64,000 nt of DNA from a virus (Duplodnaviria; Caudoviricetes), in the IMG/VR virus record IMGVR_UViG_3300032782_000002, one strand, 5' to 3'. The position numbers and the translations under genes are program-made. Positions 22,588 through 32,584 of the stretch are shown here, piece by piece. Position 1 is the stretch's first letter. Each line of letters opens with the position of its first letter. The notes under the pieces were generated by a model. The model ran no database searches. It was given only the letters and a program-made list of their open reading frames with translations, and was not told the DNA's origin.

Positions 22588-24203
22588 GACGGCTCTCGCA
22601 GAGCGCGGCGCAGCGCGCGCCGTGCGGCGTGGCGGTCTCGCCGATGGAGTATCCGGCGCACGGCGGCGCTCGGACGCATCTTGCGCAGGCTCGTCGGGAT
22701 CACGAGTCGAGATCGGCATCGGGATCTCCGATGGCCGCCTCCGTGGTGTCGAAGAGCTGGATGATGTACTGGTTCATTCGCTGGCGCAGGATGAGCAGCG
22801 CCTGGCGCAGCGTCTTGGGCTCGCGCGTGATGCGCCGGTAGCCGCGCTTGAACATCACCTCCACGTGGAAGGTGGTGGGCTTGCCGGTGAGCAGCCGCGC
22901 GATGCCCACGGACCCGGTGCTGTGGTCGGGCGTGGCGCACACGAGACGCGGCGGGCACGAGACCAGCTGCGCGAGGTTCATCAGCGCGAGTTTGTCGAGG
23001 ACGGAGAGCTTCTTGGGGGTCGTCATGCGGGCTCCTGGTTGAGGTCTACTTGCGCCACTCGTTGTCGCGGGCCAGCATCGCGGCGCGCTCCGGCGTGCCG
23101 TGCATCGCTTGGAGCTTCATCAGCTCGGAGCACGGCTTGCAGTTGGGCGCGTGGCCCATGTGGCTCCAGCGATGCAGCCGATCGCCGCCGCGGCACTGTT
23201 TGCCGTGCGGGCACTTGTGTGGGTGGCTGCCCCGGTTGCCGCTGACGCGACCGCCGACCGGGTAGTGCGCCACGATCCGTCCGCAGACGTGACACGGGCG
23301 CTTCGTGTGCTCGGCGGCCATGGCTACCGGGGCCCCACGATCGGCGCGAGGGCCGCGATGACGGCGCGCGCCTCGTCCTCGGTGTTGGCGACGAGACTGA
23401 TGCGGATGCCCTCGGCCTCGGCCTCGAACTTGAGTCGGCCCTCGTAGATCGTGCGCTTTGGCCGCTTGCGCCCCACGATCCGCGCGATGCCCAGGGCGTT
23501 GGCGTCGCGCCTGGCGTAGCGCGCCTCGTCCCGCTCGCGCTCGGCGGCCCAGCGCTCTTCGTCCGCGCGCTGGCGTGCGACGTCGGCGACGAGCGCCTGG
23601 GCGATGGCCTCGACGTCGAGGCTGTCGTCCTTGCGCACCTTGAAGAGGCGCAGGCCGCCCGGCTCGTTGATGCGCCCGCGCCCGACGTTCACGTGGCTGA
23701 CGCGGTCCGGGCCGCGGATGTAGCCGCGCATGCGTGGCTCCCAGCGCGGGCACTTGCCGTTGACGGTCGCGATGCGCCCGTTTGGTGCGATCTCGACGAC
23801 GGCGCCGGCCGCGATGAGCGCGGTTTGGATGCGAGTGATCAGCTCTTCGTAAGTCATGGCGCCATGGTCTCCGGGCGGTTGTGCACGACGAGGCTCGCCC
23901 TCGCCGGCCAGGTGTTGATCGAGATCTCGCCGCGCTGCTCGCGCAGGATGACGATGGCCGCCTCGACGAGCGGCTCGCATGCGACGCGGTAACCAAACGC
24001 CGGGTGCGCGGCGACGGCCAGCGGCTCGGCGAGCCACGTGGTCGTGGACGGCATGCCCGGGTCGCCGTCGAGCGCGCACGCGTGCTGCGTGCAGACGCGG
24101 GCGACGACGTCGCCGCGCTCGTCCAGGGCGATCTCGTCGACCGAGGCTGGGCAGCGTGTGCCGTCGTTGAAGTCGCAGCGGGCGATGTCGATCATGGTTT
24201 AGG

Positions 24204-24269
24204 GGGCTGGCGGGGAGTCGAACCCCGCGAGGGCGGCGGAACCCCGCGCGCCCTCGAACCGTCCAGCCC
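24204..24269 (-). ncRNA. tRNA-like (tmRNA tRNA-like-domain-like) small RNA
   Basis: 7-bp acceptor stem GGGCTGG/CCAGCCC and canonical T-arm CGGGG-TTCGACT-CCCCG; no D-stem; long central stem; intergenic. Confidence 0.65.
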
Positions 24270-24277
24270 TGGGTCTG

Positions 24278-25186
24278 CTACTGGCCGGCCGTCGCGAGGG
24301 CGGCCGTCGCTACGGCGGCGCGGGTCTCGTCGATGACGGCGCGCAGCTCGTCGAGCTTGCCACCGAGCAAGCCCTCGTACGCCGCGACGCGCTCCAGCAG
24401 CGACGCGGTCTCTTTCTCGCGATTGGCCAGGGCCCGCTCGCCCATGTCGCCGTCCGCGATGTCGTCGGCGATCTTGTTGCACGCCTGGCGCGTGGCGTCC
24501 GTCAGCGAGGCCAGGATGGCCTCCGCCGCGTCGGAGCTGCGCATCGCGGGGATGACGTGCACGCGGTGCTTGCTGCACGCCTGCAGCGCCTTGACGATCT
24601 TGTTCCACTTGTCGACCGAGAATTGCGGCAGGAAGTAGACGCCCCCGCGATCCCGCAGCGCCACGGCCTTGAGCGCGGTCAGCTTGTCACAGAGCCACGT
24701 GCCGATGTCCGACGGCGCCAGCGTGTGGCGGGCGACCTCGTACGCGGCGCGGATCTGCTCGGCGCCCTGCCCCTCGATGGTCAGCGTCTCGACGCCGGCC
24801 TTGTCCCGCTCGACCTTCGCCTCGCAGGCGATGGGGTACTGCAGCGTCTTCTTGCCGTCGACCTCGACCTCGGTCGGCTTGCTGACGATGGCCCAGCTGC
24901 CGCGCGCCTTGTGGTGCACGTCGAGGTGGCCCAGCGTCTTGGCGACGGCGTCGACGGCCCGGTGCAGCGCCACGAGCGCGCTGGGCTCCTCGGGCGGCAG
25001 CGCGTGGCTCGTGGCCGCGATGAGCGCGGCGGCGAGCGCGCTGCTCGTCACGTCGCCCTGGTTGCTCCACATGACGATGCGCCCGCAGGCGCGCTTGTCG
25101 ATCTCGTTCTGCGGATCGATGGCGATGACGGTGCCGCCGGTGGAGAGCGACGGCTTCGCGGGCGTGGAGACGGTGGTTGCGTTCAT
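24278..25186 (-). CDS. MoxR/vWA-associated protein (DUF3150/DUF6744-like)
   Basis: GGVYFLP motif, coiled-coil C-terminus, third gene of the AAA-vWA operon. Confidence 0.5.
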   Translation of the reverse strand: MNATTVSTPAKPSLSTGGTVIAIDPQNEIDKRACGRIVMWSNQGDVTSSALAAALIAATSHALPPEEPSALVALHRAVDAVAKTLGHLDVHHKARGSWAIVSKPTEVEVDGKKTLQYPIACEAKVERDKAGVETLTIEGQGAEQIRAAYEVARHTLAPSDIGTWLCDKLTALKAVALRDRGGVYFLPQFSVDKWNKIVKALQACSKHRVHVIPAMRSSDAAEAILASLTDATRQACNKIADDIADGDMGERALANREKETASLLERVAAYEGLLGGKLDELRAVIDETRAAVATAALATAGQ

Positions 25187-25210
25187 GGTGGTTGGTTGTC
25201 CTTCTCTTCT

Positions 25211-26452
25211 TCAGGGGTGGTTGTGTTGCGTAGCGATGTCGCTGGCGTCGATGACGTCAGCCCAGGGGGGCGGTGTGCCGTATCCCTGGCGAGTGAGTAC
25301 GACGACGACGGGGCAGTTGGGGGGCGTGGCCGGCCAGCCGGTGCCGCCGTCGGTCACGACGACGATCACGTCGGCGCCCGTCTGCTCGGCGCACTCGATG
25401 CCGACGCACATGTTCGTGCCCCCGCCTCCGCGCAGCGCGTCGCGCAGGTCGTCGATGTGCGCGATGTCGACCGGCTCGGCAGCCTGCGTGTCGCAGCCTA
25501 GCGCCTTGACCGTGCCAAGGACCTGGACGGCATCCCAGACGACGCCGATCACCTTGCCGATGTCGGTGTCGTCCATGCTGGCGCTCGTGTCGCCGACGAT
25601 CGTGACGTTGGCGCGGGGCGTCCGGTGCACGGGCAGCACGAGGCCCCCGTTTTCCCGGCGCGAGGGCCGCGCGTAGCTGGCGACCGGCCCCAGGCGCGTC
25701 TCGATGTGGTAGCGCACCCGGCCCGCGATCATGTCGCGCCAGTCGATGTGCGGCGGCGCCAGGAACTCCTCGGCCCAGCGCAGCAGACCCGCCGCGACGT
25801 TGCCCGGCTGGCCCTTGTGGTGCTCGCGGATGGCGTGCGCCACCTGGACGCGCACGATCTCGGTCTCGGCCTCGGTGAGGCCCTTGGGTCCCTTGGTCGG
25901 GTCGGGCGGCAGCTCCCACGGTCCGGGAACGCCGGTGACCCCGGATCCCCCGCTGCACATGGCGCCCCCGCCGTCCTTGCCGTCGTCGTCGAGGCGGTAG
26001 TACTCCTCCGCCGACTTGTGCGCCGGCCAGCCCAGCCGCTCGGGGGTCAGATCCTTGCTCCAGATCTTGATCCCGGCGGCCTGGATGTCCTGCACCAGCT
26101 CGCAGTCGCCGCACTTGTTCCACTTGGCGTGGTTGACGGCGCGGAAGGCGATGCCGCGCGTCCTGTGACGGCGCAGCGTGTGAAGGCACTCGTGGATGAC
26201 GCCGGTGATGAGGCACTCGAAGTCCTCGGCCATGCACTCGGCGATGTGCGCGGGGTTGACGTACACCCGCCACCGATCGTCGATGGCCATCGTCGGCACG
26301 GCGTCCGTCAGGATGTACTGGCAGGCGTACAGGCCTTTGGCCAGATAGGGCAGCTTCTTCGTAGCCCACCAGCGGGCTTTGATCAGCAGCTCCATCGGCG
26401 TCGGGCCGCCCCGGGTTACCGGGCGGGCAGCGGCGGCGGCGGGTGTGGTCAT
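25211..26452 (-). CDS. Metallopeptidase-like + vWA domain protein (DUF2201-type)
   Basis: PTMAID, HECLH, SYARPSRR, MIDAS DTSASM, GGGGT, VVTDG. Confidence 0.85.
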   Translation of the reverse strand: MTTPAAAAARPVTRGGPTPMELLIKARWWATKKLPYLAKGLYACQYILTDAVPTMAIDDRWRVYVNPAHIAECMAEDFECLITGVIHECLHTLRRHRTRGIAFRAVNHAKWNKCGDCELVQDIQAAGIKIWSKDLTPERLGWPAHKSAEEYYRLDDDGKDGGGAMCSGGSGVTGVPGPWELPPDPTKGPKGLTEAETEIVRVQVAHAIREHHKGQPGNVAAGLLRWAEEFLAPPHIDWRDMIAGRVRYHIETRLGPVASYARPSRRENGGLVLPVHRTPRANVTIVGDTSASMDDTDIGKVIGVVWDAVQVLGTVKALGCDTQAAEPVDIAHIDDLRDALRGGGGTNMCVGIECAEQTGADVIVVVTDGGTGWPATPPNCPVVVVLTRQGYGTPPPWADVIDASDIATQHNHP

Positions 26453-26468
26453 GGGTGTCGGGCTCCTC

Positions 26469-27596
26469 TTACTGCGCCAGCAGGGTGGCCATGCGGGGCG
26501 TGTACTTCGCCATCAGCACGTGCGGCCGGGTGAGCTTGGTCACGGCGTTCTTGTCGCGCTTGGCGACGTCCCGGTAGTGGGTGACGAGCATGTCGCCGCC
26601 GACCACCGCGGCGTCGAACCCGCCGGTGTCCGTGACGTGCCCCATGATCTCCCAGGCGGCCGCCCAGCGCTTCTCGGTGAAGTCACTCTGCACCGCGGCC
26701 ACGACGGCCGTCAGCGCGGCGATGGAGCGGTCCACGCGGTCCGCCTCCAGGGTGATGCTCTTCGGGTCCGCGAGCCACGCCTCAGCGTCGACGAGGTCGG
26801 CGTCCGTGCAGTAGGCCATGAAGGAGATGGCGGCGCCCTCGCCCACGCATCCGCTCAGCAGCGCGAGGCGGTCGTCGACGCTGTAGCCGAGTGACGCCGC
26901 GACGGCGTACACCTTCTCGGCGGCCTCCCACGATCGGGGGCTCGGCCACGCCTTGCCCGCCAGGGTGGGATCGTCCGGCTCGTTGTCGAGCATGTCCGGC
27001 ATTCGCTTGATGAACGCGCTCGCCAGGGCCTTGACCTTGGTGAGCGCGCGAGACTGCTCGTCCGCGTCTGGCGTCGGGAAGTCGGCCTCGTCGGCGGCCC
27101 AGCCGACCAGCTGCGCCTGCGCCCACGCCTGCGGGTTGGCCGGCACCTGCAGGTGGCAGAACCGGTTGGCGGCGGCGCTGCCCAGCGCGCGCGCGCTCTG
27201 GCCTCGCTTGACCGGGTTGCCGGCGGCGACGACGGCGACGTACTCCGGCGGCGCGTCGATGCGGTCCAGGGCCGCGTTCTCGGTCTCGCGCGTGGCCCGG
27301 TTCAACTCGTCGTAGAAGGCGATGCCGCCCTTGACCTTGCGGGCCTCGATGACGAGATCCTCGATCTCGGGCGGATCGCAGACGATGACGCGGCCCTCGT
27401 GGTAGACGCGGGGCTTGAGGTCGATGGGCTCGCAGCGGCTCAGCAGCCAGCGCTTGTAGTGCCGGCCGGTGATGCGCGCGTACGCCTCGGTGCGGCTCGT
27501 CTTGCCGGTGCCAGGGCCGCCCTCCATGTAGACGGGCACCAGCGCCGTGACGCAGGCGTGCAGACGGCGCATGATCGGATCGGGGTGAAGGTTCAT
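26469..27596 (-). CDS. MoxR-family AAA+ ATPase
   Basis: GGPGTGKT, FYDELNRA, AAGNP, NRF, PSPRSW. Confidence 0.88.
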   Translation of the reverse strand: MNLHPDPIMRRLHACVTALVPVYMEGGPGTGKTSRTEAYARITGRHYKRWLLSRCEPIDLKPRVYHEGRVIVCDPPEIEDLVIEARKVKGGIAFYDELNRATRETENAALDRIDAPPEYVAVVAAGNPVKRGQSARALGSAAANRFCHLQVPANPQAWAQAQLVGWAADEADFPTPDADEQSRALTKVKALASAFIKRMPDMLDNEPDDPTLAGKAWPSPRSWEAAEKVYAVAASLGYSVDDRLALLSGCVGEGAAISFMAYCTDADLVDAEAWLADPKSITLEADRVDRSIAALTAVVAAVQSDFTEKRWAAAWEIMGHVTDTGGFDAAVVGGDMLVTHYRDVAKRDKNAVTKLTRPHVLMAKYTPRMATLLAQ

Positions 27597-28112
27597 CGGG
27601 AAGCTCCGGGTGGGGTGGGCGGGTTGACGGCAGCGGCCTCGTAGAAGGACCGCGAGGTGACGGGTGGACGGTTGGCGCGTACGCCGTACGCGCCGGTGTG
27701 GCGCTCTGCCCAGCGCCAGAAACGCGCGTTGCAGGTGGGGCAGCGTAAGGGCTCGTTGCAGTAGTGATCCATCTCGACGGTGGGGCGCTCGCGGCGAGCG
27801 CGCACGCGGTCGCAGGCGTCGTACAAGGCGGCCTTCTCGGCCTCGTAGGTGCCGAATCGGTACCACGTCTCGCCCGGTGCGGGCGGCTGCCCGATGCTCG
27901 CCTCGATGGCGGGGTTGTACCGGGTCAAGACGTCGTCGACCGTCTCGGTGACCCCGGGATCCCGGACGCGCCAGACCATGGCCGGCGGCCGCTTGGCGGC
28001 GGGCATCGCCAACCACGCCACGGCTTCCGCCCCGATGGCGCGCAAGCGGGCGACGATCTCGGCCGGCGTGCGCTTGGGGGTTGCGGTGTCCACGGTGGTC
28101 ATTGGAAGCTCC

Positions 28113-28152
28113 AGTCTATCAGAAGTGTATCAACGCGCCAGTGCTATGGCAC
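28113..28152 (-). promoter_or_regulatory. Extended -10 promoter with the 18-bp operator-like box
   Basis: Minus strand CTGATAGACTGGAG, like CTGATATACTAGAG at 19.3 kb; GCGCCAGTGCTATGGCAC at 28135-28152. Confidence 0.5.
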
Positions 28153-28156
28153 TAGC

Positions 28157-28720
28157 TCACGTCACGAGAGCCAGCTGGCGCTCGTCAATCTCGCCGCGGG
28201 CCCTGCGCCGTGCGGGCGAGTGCCACGCCCGGATGCGTGCCTGCGCATCCGCGATCGTCTCGTGCTCGTACATGAGCATCCCGGTCGGCAGCAGCAGGCC
28301 GGTCACGCCGCGCTCCAGCACGATTGCGGGTTGGTCGTCGAGCAGCCGGCTCGCGTCCATCTCGCCGAGGGCCACGGCGGCCTCGCGCGCGACGGCGACG
28401 AGCGGATCGGGCTCCACGCGCACGGCGCCGACGCACAGCTTGTTGTTCTGGCGCCACGCCTGCACGCGCGGGCAATACGTATGGATCTTGCTGGACGTCG
28501 TCATCGTTGCCCAGCCGCCCGAGCGGATTGCGACGATGCCGTTGTCGCCGTTGTACGTCACGACGTCGGTCTCGTGGTAGCGGACCGCGATCTGCCGGGC
28601 GTCGAGGCGGTAGAGAGTCGTCGCCTTGCCGGGCAGCCGGAGCTGGGCGCGGCCGCGCAGGTGCGTCTCGGCGTCGGTGTACTCTTGCCCGCCGTGCGGG
28701 TTGAAGTGGCGCGCGCTCAT
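28157..28720 (-). CDS. Phage hypothetical protein
   Basis: AVRYHETDVV...SGGWATMTT motif. Confidence 0.5.
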   Translation of the reverse strand: MSARHFNPHGGQEYTDAETHLRGRAQLRLPGKATTLYRLDARQIAVRYHETDVVTYNGDNGIVAIRSGGWATMTTSSKIHTYCPRVQAWRQNNKLCVGAVRVEPDPLVAVAREAAVALGEMDASRLLDDQPAIVLERGVTGLLLPTGMLMYEHETIADAQARIRAWHSPARRRARGEIDERQLALVT

Positions 28721-28731
28721 ATGCTGGGCTC

Positions 28732-29187
28732 CTACTTGGTGGCGCGCTGGCCGCGCATGAAGGCCAGCCAGCGGTCGCGCTGGACGGCGGTGAGGAAGTT
28801 CGCCCACGGCTTGCCGTCGCGGTAGACGGCGAACGGCAGGTCCGGCACGCAGCTCGGCGCGGCGCGCCAGTCGGGTTCGACGTACCGCGAGTGACGGAAC
28901 GTCTCGACGCCGTCGACCAGCATGCGCAGCACGCGGTCGACCGAGATGGCCGTTCCGCCCGTGGAGCGGCGGCTGGCGAGCAGCAGCGGCGCCTTGACCG
29001 TGCCGGTCGAAAGGCCCACGTAGCCGGTCACGTCGTTTTCCTCGCCCCAGTCGCGGCCCGTCTCCGGGTCGCCGTAGAAGAGGCGCACGCGCTTGGCGCT
29101 GCCGGCCAGGCGCGGCAGGGCGACGGCGGGGAGGCTGTTGTGGGCCTCGGTCGCCACGACGACGAGGGCGGGGATCTCAGACGTCAT
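28732..29187 (-). CDS. Phage hypothetical protein
   Basis: RVRLFYGDPETGRDWGEENDVTGYVGLSTG motif. Confidence 0.55.
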   Translation of the reverse strand: MTSEIPALVVVATEAHNSLPAVALPRLAGSAKRVRLFYGDPETGRDWGEENDVTGYVGLSTGTVKAPLLLASRRSTGGTAISVDRVLRMLVDGVETFRHSRYVEPDWRAAPSCVPDLPFAVYRDGKPWANFLTAVQRDRWLAFMRGQRATK

Positions 29188-29478
29188 CGGGGCGGCTCCT
29201 CTCTATCTCGTCGATGCACGTCATGAGATCGGCGTAGAAGGCGTCGAACACGCTTCGCGGGGCTCGGCCGTCGGACACGACGTCCTCGCCGTTGCCTGCA
29301 ATGAGGAGCAGCTGCGCGCGGGCGTCATCGCTCGTGCGGCGCAGCGGGATCCATCCGTAGCCGATGGCGTCGATGCAGCGGCAGACGTCCTCGCTGGACG
29401 CGAGGTTGCCGCCGAGCTTCCAACCGAGGCGTGCCAGGATGGCGAGCGCCTGTTTCACGCGGGCTTGCTCCAGGGCGA

Positions 29479-29871
29479 TCATGTGCTCCTCACGAGGTAG
29501 GTGGTTCCGTCGAACGTGATCTCGCGGTAGTCCACGCGCAGCTCTTCCGCGGCGGCCTTCCAGTCGATGTGGTTGCACGGCCACTTGGCATCGGCGGGGA
29601 TGCACCCCAGATCTCCGGCCAGCTCCTCGGCGTACTCCTCGAACTCGTCGATGGGAACGGCCGTAGGCTCATTGGCGGCGTACTTCGTCAGGCCGCGCAG
29701 CTGGTCATCCAGCGCGACGAGCGCGTCGTAGCGCTCGCGCTCGACGGAATCGAGCGGGTCGACGTCGAGGGCCGCTTGCGCTTCCTCGACGAGCGGCTCG
29801 GTCTCCAGGCGCTCGCGCAGCGCGTCCAGCTCCTCGGCGAGTAGCCGCAGATCGATGGCATGGATGGTCAT
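29479..29871 (-). CDS. ArdA-like acidic antirestriction protein
   Basis: Highly acidic; FEEYAEELA...HIDWKAAAEELRVDY resembles the ArdA C-terminal YIDWE.AARDL motif. Confidence 0.55.
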   Translation of the reverse strand: MTIHAIDLRLLAEELDALRERLETEPLVEEAQAALDVDPLDSVERERYDALVALDDQLRGLTKYAANEPTAVPIDEFEEYAEELAGDLGCIPADAKWPCNHIDWKAAAEELRVDYREITFDGTTYLVRST

Positions 29872-30027
29872 CGCGGGCCCGGTTGCAGCGGCTGCACCGG
29901 GTAGTCGGGAGGGATCTCGTGCATCGGTGGTGTCTCCGGTTGAGATTCAAGGCGCAAGGGCGGCCGCGTCGTGTGGACGCGGTCGCCCTCGCGGGCGAGC
30001 GGTGTGCTCGCCGGCTCGGGTGTCGTG

Positions 30028-30417
30028 CTACTTGCCCTCGCGCAGCTTGGCCAGCTCGGCCTCCAGCTTGGCGATCTTGTCGGCGCGCGCCTTGTCGGCG
30101 GTCGCCTTGAGGGCGGCGTTGACCGCGGCCACGCGGGCCGTGGTGGCGGCCTCGCGCGCGGTCACGGCGGCGGCCTCCGCCTCGCGTGCGGCCGTCTCCA
30201 GGGCGGCGATGCGCGCCTCGACGTCGGCGGGCAGGGCGATGCTCGTGGGCGACTTGGGCGCCGCCTTGCGGACGCGCTTGGGCGGCTTGTCCGCGGTCGG
30301 CATCTCGTTGGCGGGCGTGGTGTCGGTCGGCGGCGCGGGCGTGGTGTCGGTCGCCTGGACGTCGACGGGGGCAGCAGTGGCGGGCGCGGTCGCGCCGTTG
30401 ACGGGAACGGTCTGCAT
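30028..30417 (-). CDS. Ala/Lys-rich coiled-coil protein
   Basis: 129-aa ORF with an upstream AAGGA RBS; low-complexity N-terminus and coiled-coil C-terminus. Confidence 0.55.
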   Translation of the reverse strand: MQTVPVNGATAPATAAPVDVQATDTTPAPPTDTTPANEMPTADKPPKRVRKAAPKSPTSIALPADVEARIAALETAAREAEAAAVTAREAATTARVAAVNAALKATADKARADKIAKLEAELAKLREGK

Positions 30418-31747
30418 GGCGGTTGGATCCTTGGTTGGTTGGTGAGTCGGGCGCACAAGGCGCGACCGTCCAGGCGGACGGTCGTGCCCCGCGGACGCGA
30501 CCTCAGGGGATGACGTTGCCCTCGGCGTCGAAGTCCTCCGCGCGCCAGTCGCCGCGCTCGCGGCGGCGGTCGCGCCAGTAGCGATCGGAGGCGACCGTCT
30601 CCGGGTGGTCGCCCGGATCGGTGTCGTACAGCGGCGCGTCGTCGTTGCCGCGCGTAGACTGCCGCGCCTCGGGCGCACGGGTCGCGACGACACCGATCGT
30701 CGGATGCCGGACCCGCAGCGTGGGCTGCGTGTCGACCACGATGCGGTCGCCTACGAGCCGCTCACTGGCGAGCATGTGCGCGCCGCCGTGCTTGGGCGCG
30801 CCCGTGTCGAGGCGCGGCCGGACGAGCACAAGCGTGCCCTTCTTGCCGCTGCGCCGCGTGCTGCCGTCGACGCTCGTCATGCGCGTCTGTGCGACGCGCG
30901 CGCCGAACGTGGGCGCGCCGTCAACCTGATGCGGGGTGTGCCCCGCGTACGCGCTGGCGCGCGGGCCGTGCGTCACGATGACGTCGGCGCGCATGTCGTC
31001 GCGCTTGTCCGCGGCGAGCGCGATTGCTCGCGCCGCCTGTGCCTCCTGAAACTTCCGCTTGGCGTATCTAGGCATCGCGGTCGACACCCGAGCCGACTAG
31101 CTCGTGCGTCGACCGCGACGGGCGGGGTACCAGAGGAGAGGCATCGTCCCGCACGCGGCCTTGACCTTGCGGTCCGGCGTACGCGCGCGGCGCGACGCTG
31201 CGGTGTGCGGCGTCACTCCTCATTGTCCCCGCCTGTTGCGGCGGCTTTGCCCGTCCTTCCCCGGTGGTGTGCCGGTCTCGCCTCTCGGCGAGCGGCCTGT
31301 GCCACTGCAGCGCCCCGACCGCGACCTCGACGCCGGCCGCGCGCTGCCGCCTACAAGCGCGCCGTACTGGCCGCGGTAGGTGGGGCAGCGCGCGGGCCGT
31401 CGCGAGTGACGGTATCCGCGCTAGGGTACTCACCCCGGCCGTGTCCGGCGCGCGCCTCCTTTTGGGCACGTGCGCATTGCACCGTCCGGTGCGGGGTGTG
31501 CGTTGAGCTGGTCAGCCCGGATGGCCGGGGCGGATCGCCTGCCGGCGCACGCGCGAGGGCCGCGTGCGCCCGACGATCCACCGTCCCGCGCGGCACTGGC
31601 GTGGCGCGCGGCTCGGGTCCGGGTCGGTGAAGGGGGCCGCATGCCGGCGCGCGCACCATGCGCGCGGGGGAACGGACCGCACCAGGCGCCAACCGGCGCC
31701 GCCCCCGCCGACCGGGGGCAGACCACAAGCCTAGCACCGCATGTGCC

Positions 31748-31767
31748 AGTGCTAGTGCACTAGCACT
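31748..31767. repeat. Perfect 20-bp palindrome
   Basis: AGTGCTAGTGCACTAGCACT; overlaps a third copy of the 18-bp box (31743-31760). Confidence 0.85.
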
Positions 31768-31904
31768 AGCATACGGCTAAGTGCTTGATATTGCTCGTGA
31801 AAACGGGGATCGGACGGGGGGTATGCCCCGGCTGCGGGGCGCCGATCATGACATTCGAGTCGCGGTGTGACCGGATCCGGCTACTGCGTGCGCGACGCTT
31901 CTCG

Positions 31905-31989
31905 GATCGGCCGATCCGCGCGATCGGCGGATCGGCCCCTAGATCGCCGCTGATCGGCGATCGGCCCTTGATCGCCCTTGCGCGCGATC
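31905..31989. repeat. GATC cluster
   Basis: Nine GATC sites at 31905, 31913, 31922, 31930, 31942, 31952, 31959, 31970 and 31986. Confidence 0.8.
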
Positions 31990-32344
31990 CTCAGGTACGA
32001 GTTACACGTGAACCGCAGTTCACTTTTGCCCCAGGATCGACGCGCGCGACCCGGGCGAGGGGGCAGTGGCCGGACCGCGTCCCGGCGCGTAGGCGGGCCG
32101 TTTCCGGGGCAGCAATCGCTATGCAGATTGTTCCGATCACGGCAGATCGGAAGCCAATTCACGAGCAATTCCACGTAGTTACGCACCGCACGTATTCCGG
32201 CCGTAACGCGTCAAAAACGACCCTGCCGCGCGGTCGGCGCGTGAATACCGGCCCCCGATCGCCCGTCGACGGCCGATCGGAGAAAAGGGGGCGTGGTCAT
32301 TCCTCCGCTTGTCAGATCGGGGCGCGGCGCGCGTCGGCGTGATC

Positions 32345-32584
32345 ATGCCTTGCCCCGTTTGCGGTAACCCCGATCTGGCCACGTTCGAGATCTGCCCCGT
32401 GTGCGCGTGGGAGGTCGACATCGCGCACGACGAGTGCCCCTGTGGGCGCCACGACTGGTCATCGGCCAACGGCGCGTGCCTCACGCGCTACATGCTGCTG
32501 CACATCGCGCGCGACGTGCGCGCCCGCTACCACGCGCAGCTGCGCGTGATGCGCGCGCTGCGCTCCGGCCGCGACCTCTTCTAG
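32345..32584 (+). CDS. CPCC-type cysteine-rich protein
   Basis: PCPVCG...FEICPVCAWEVD...SSAN. Confidence 0.65.
   Translation: MPCPVCGNPDLATFEICPVCAWEVDIAHDECPCGRHDWSSANGACLTRYMLLHIARDVRARYHAQLRVMRALRSGRDLF

Noticed and set aside
24204-24269. Calling this a canonical tRNA
   Set aside because: No D-stem and no 7-nt anticodon loop; reported as a tRNA-like ncRNA instead.
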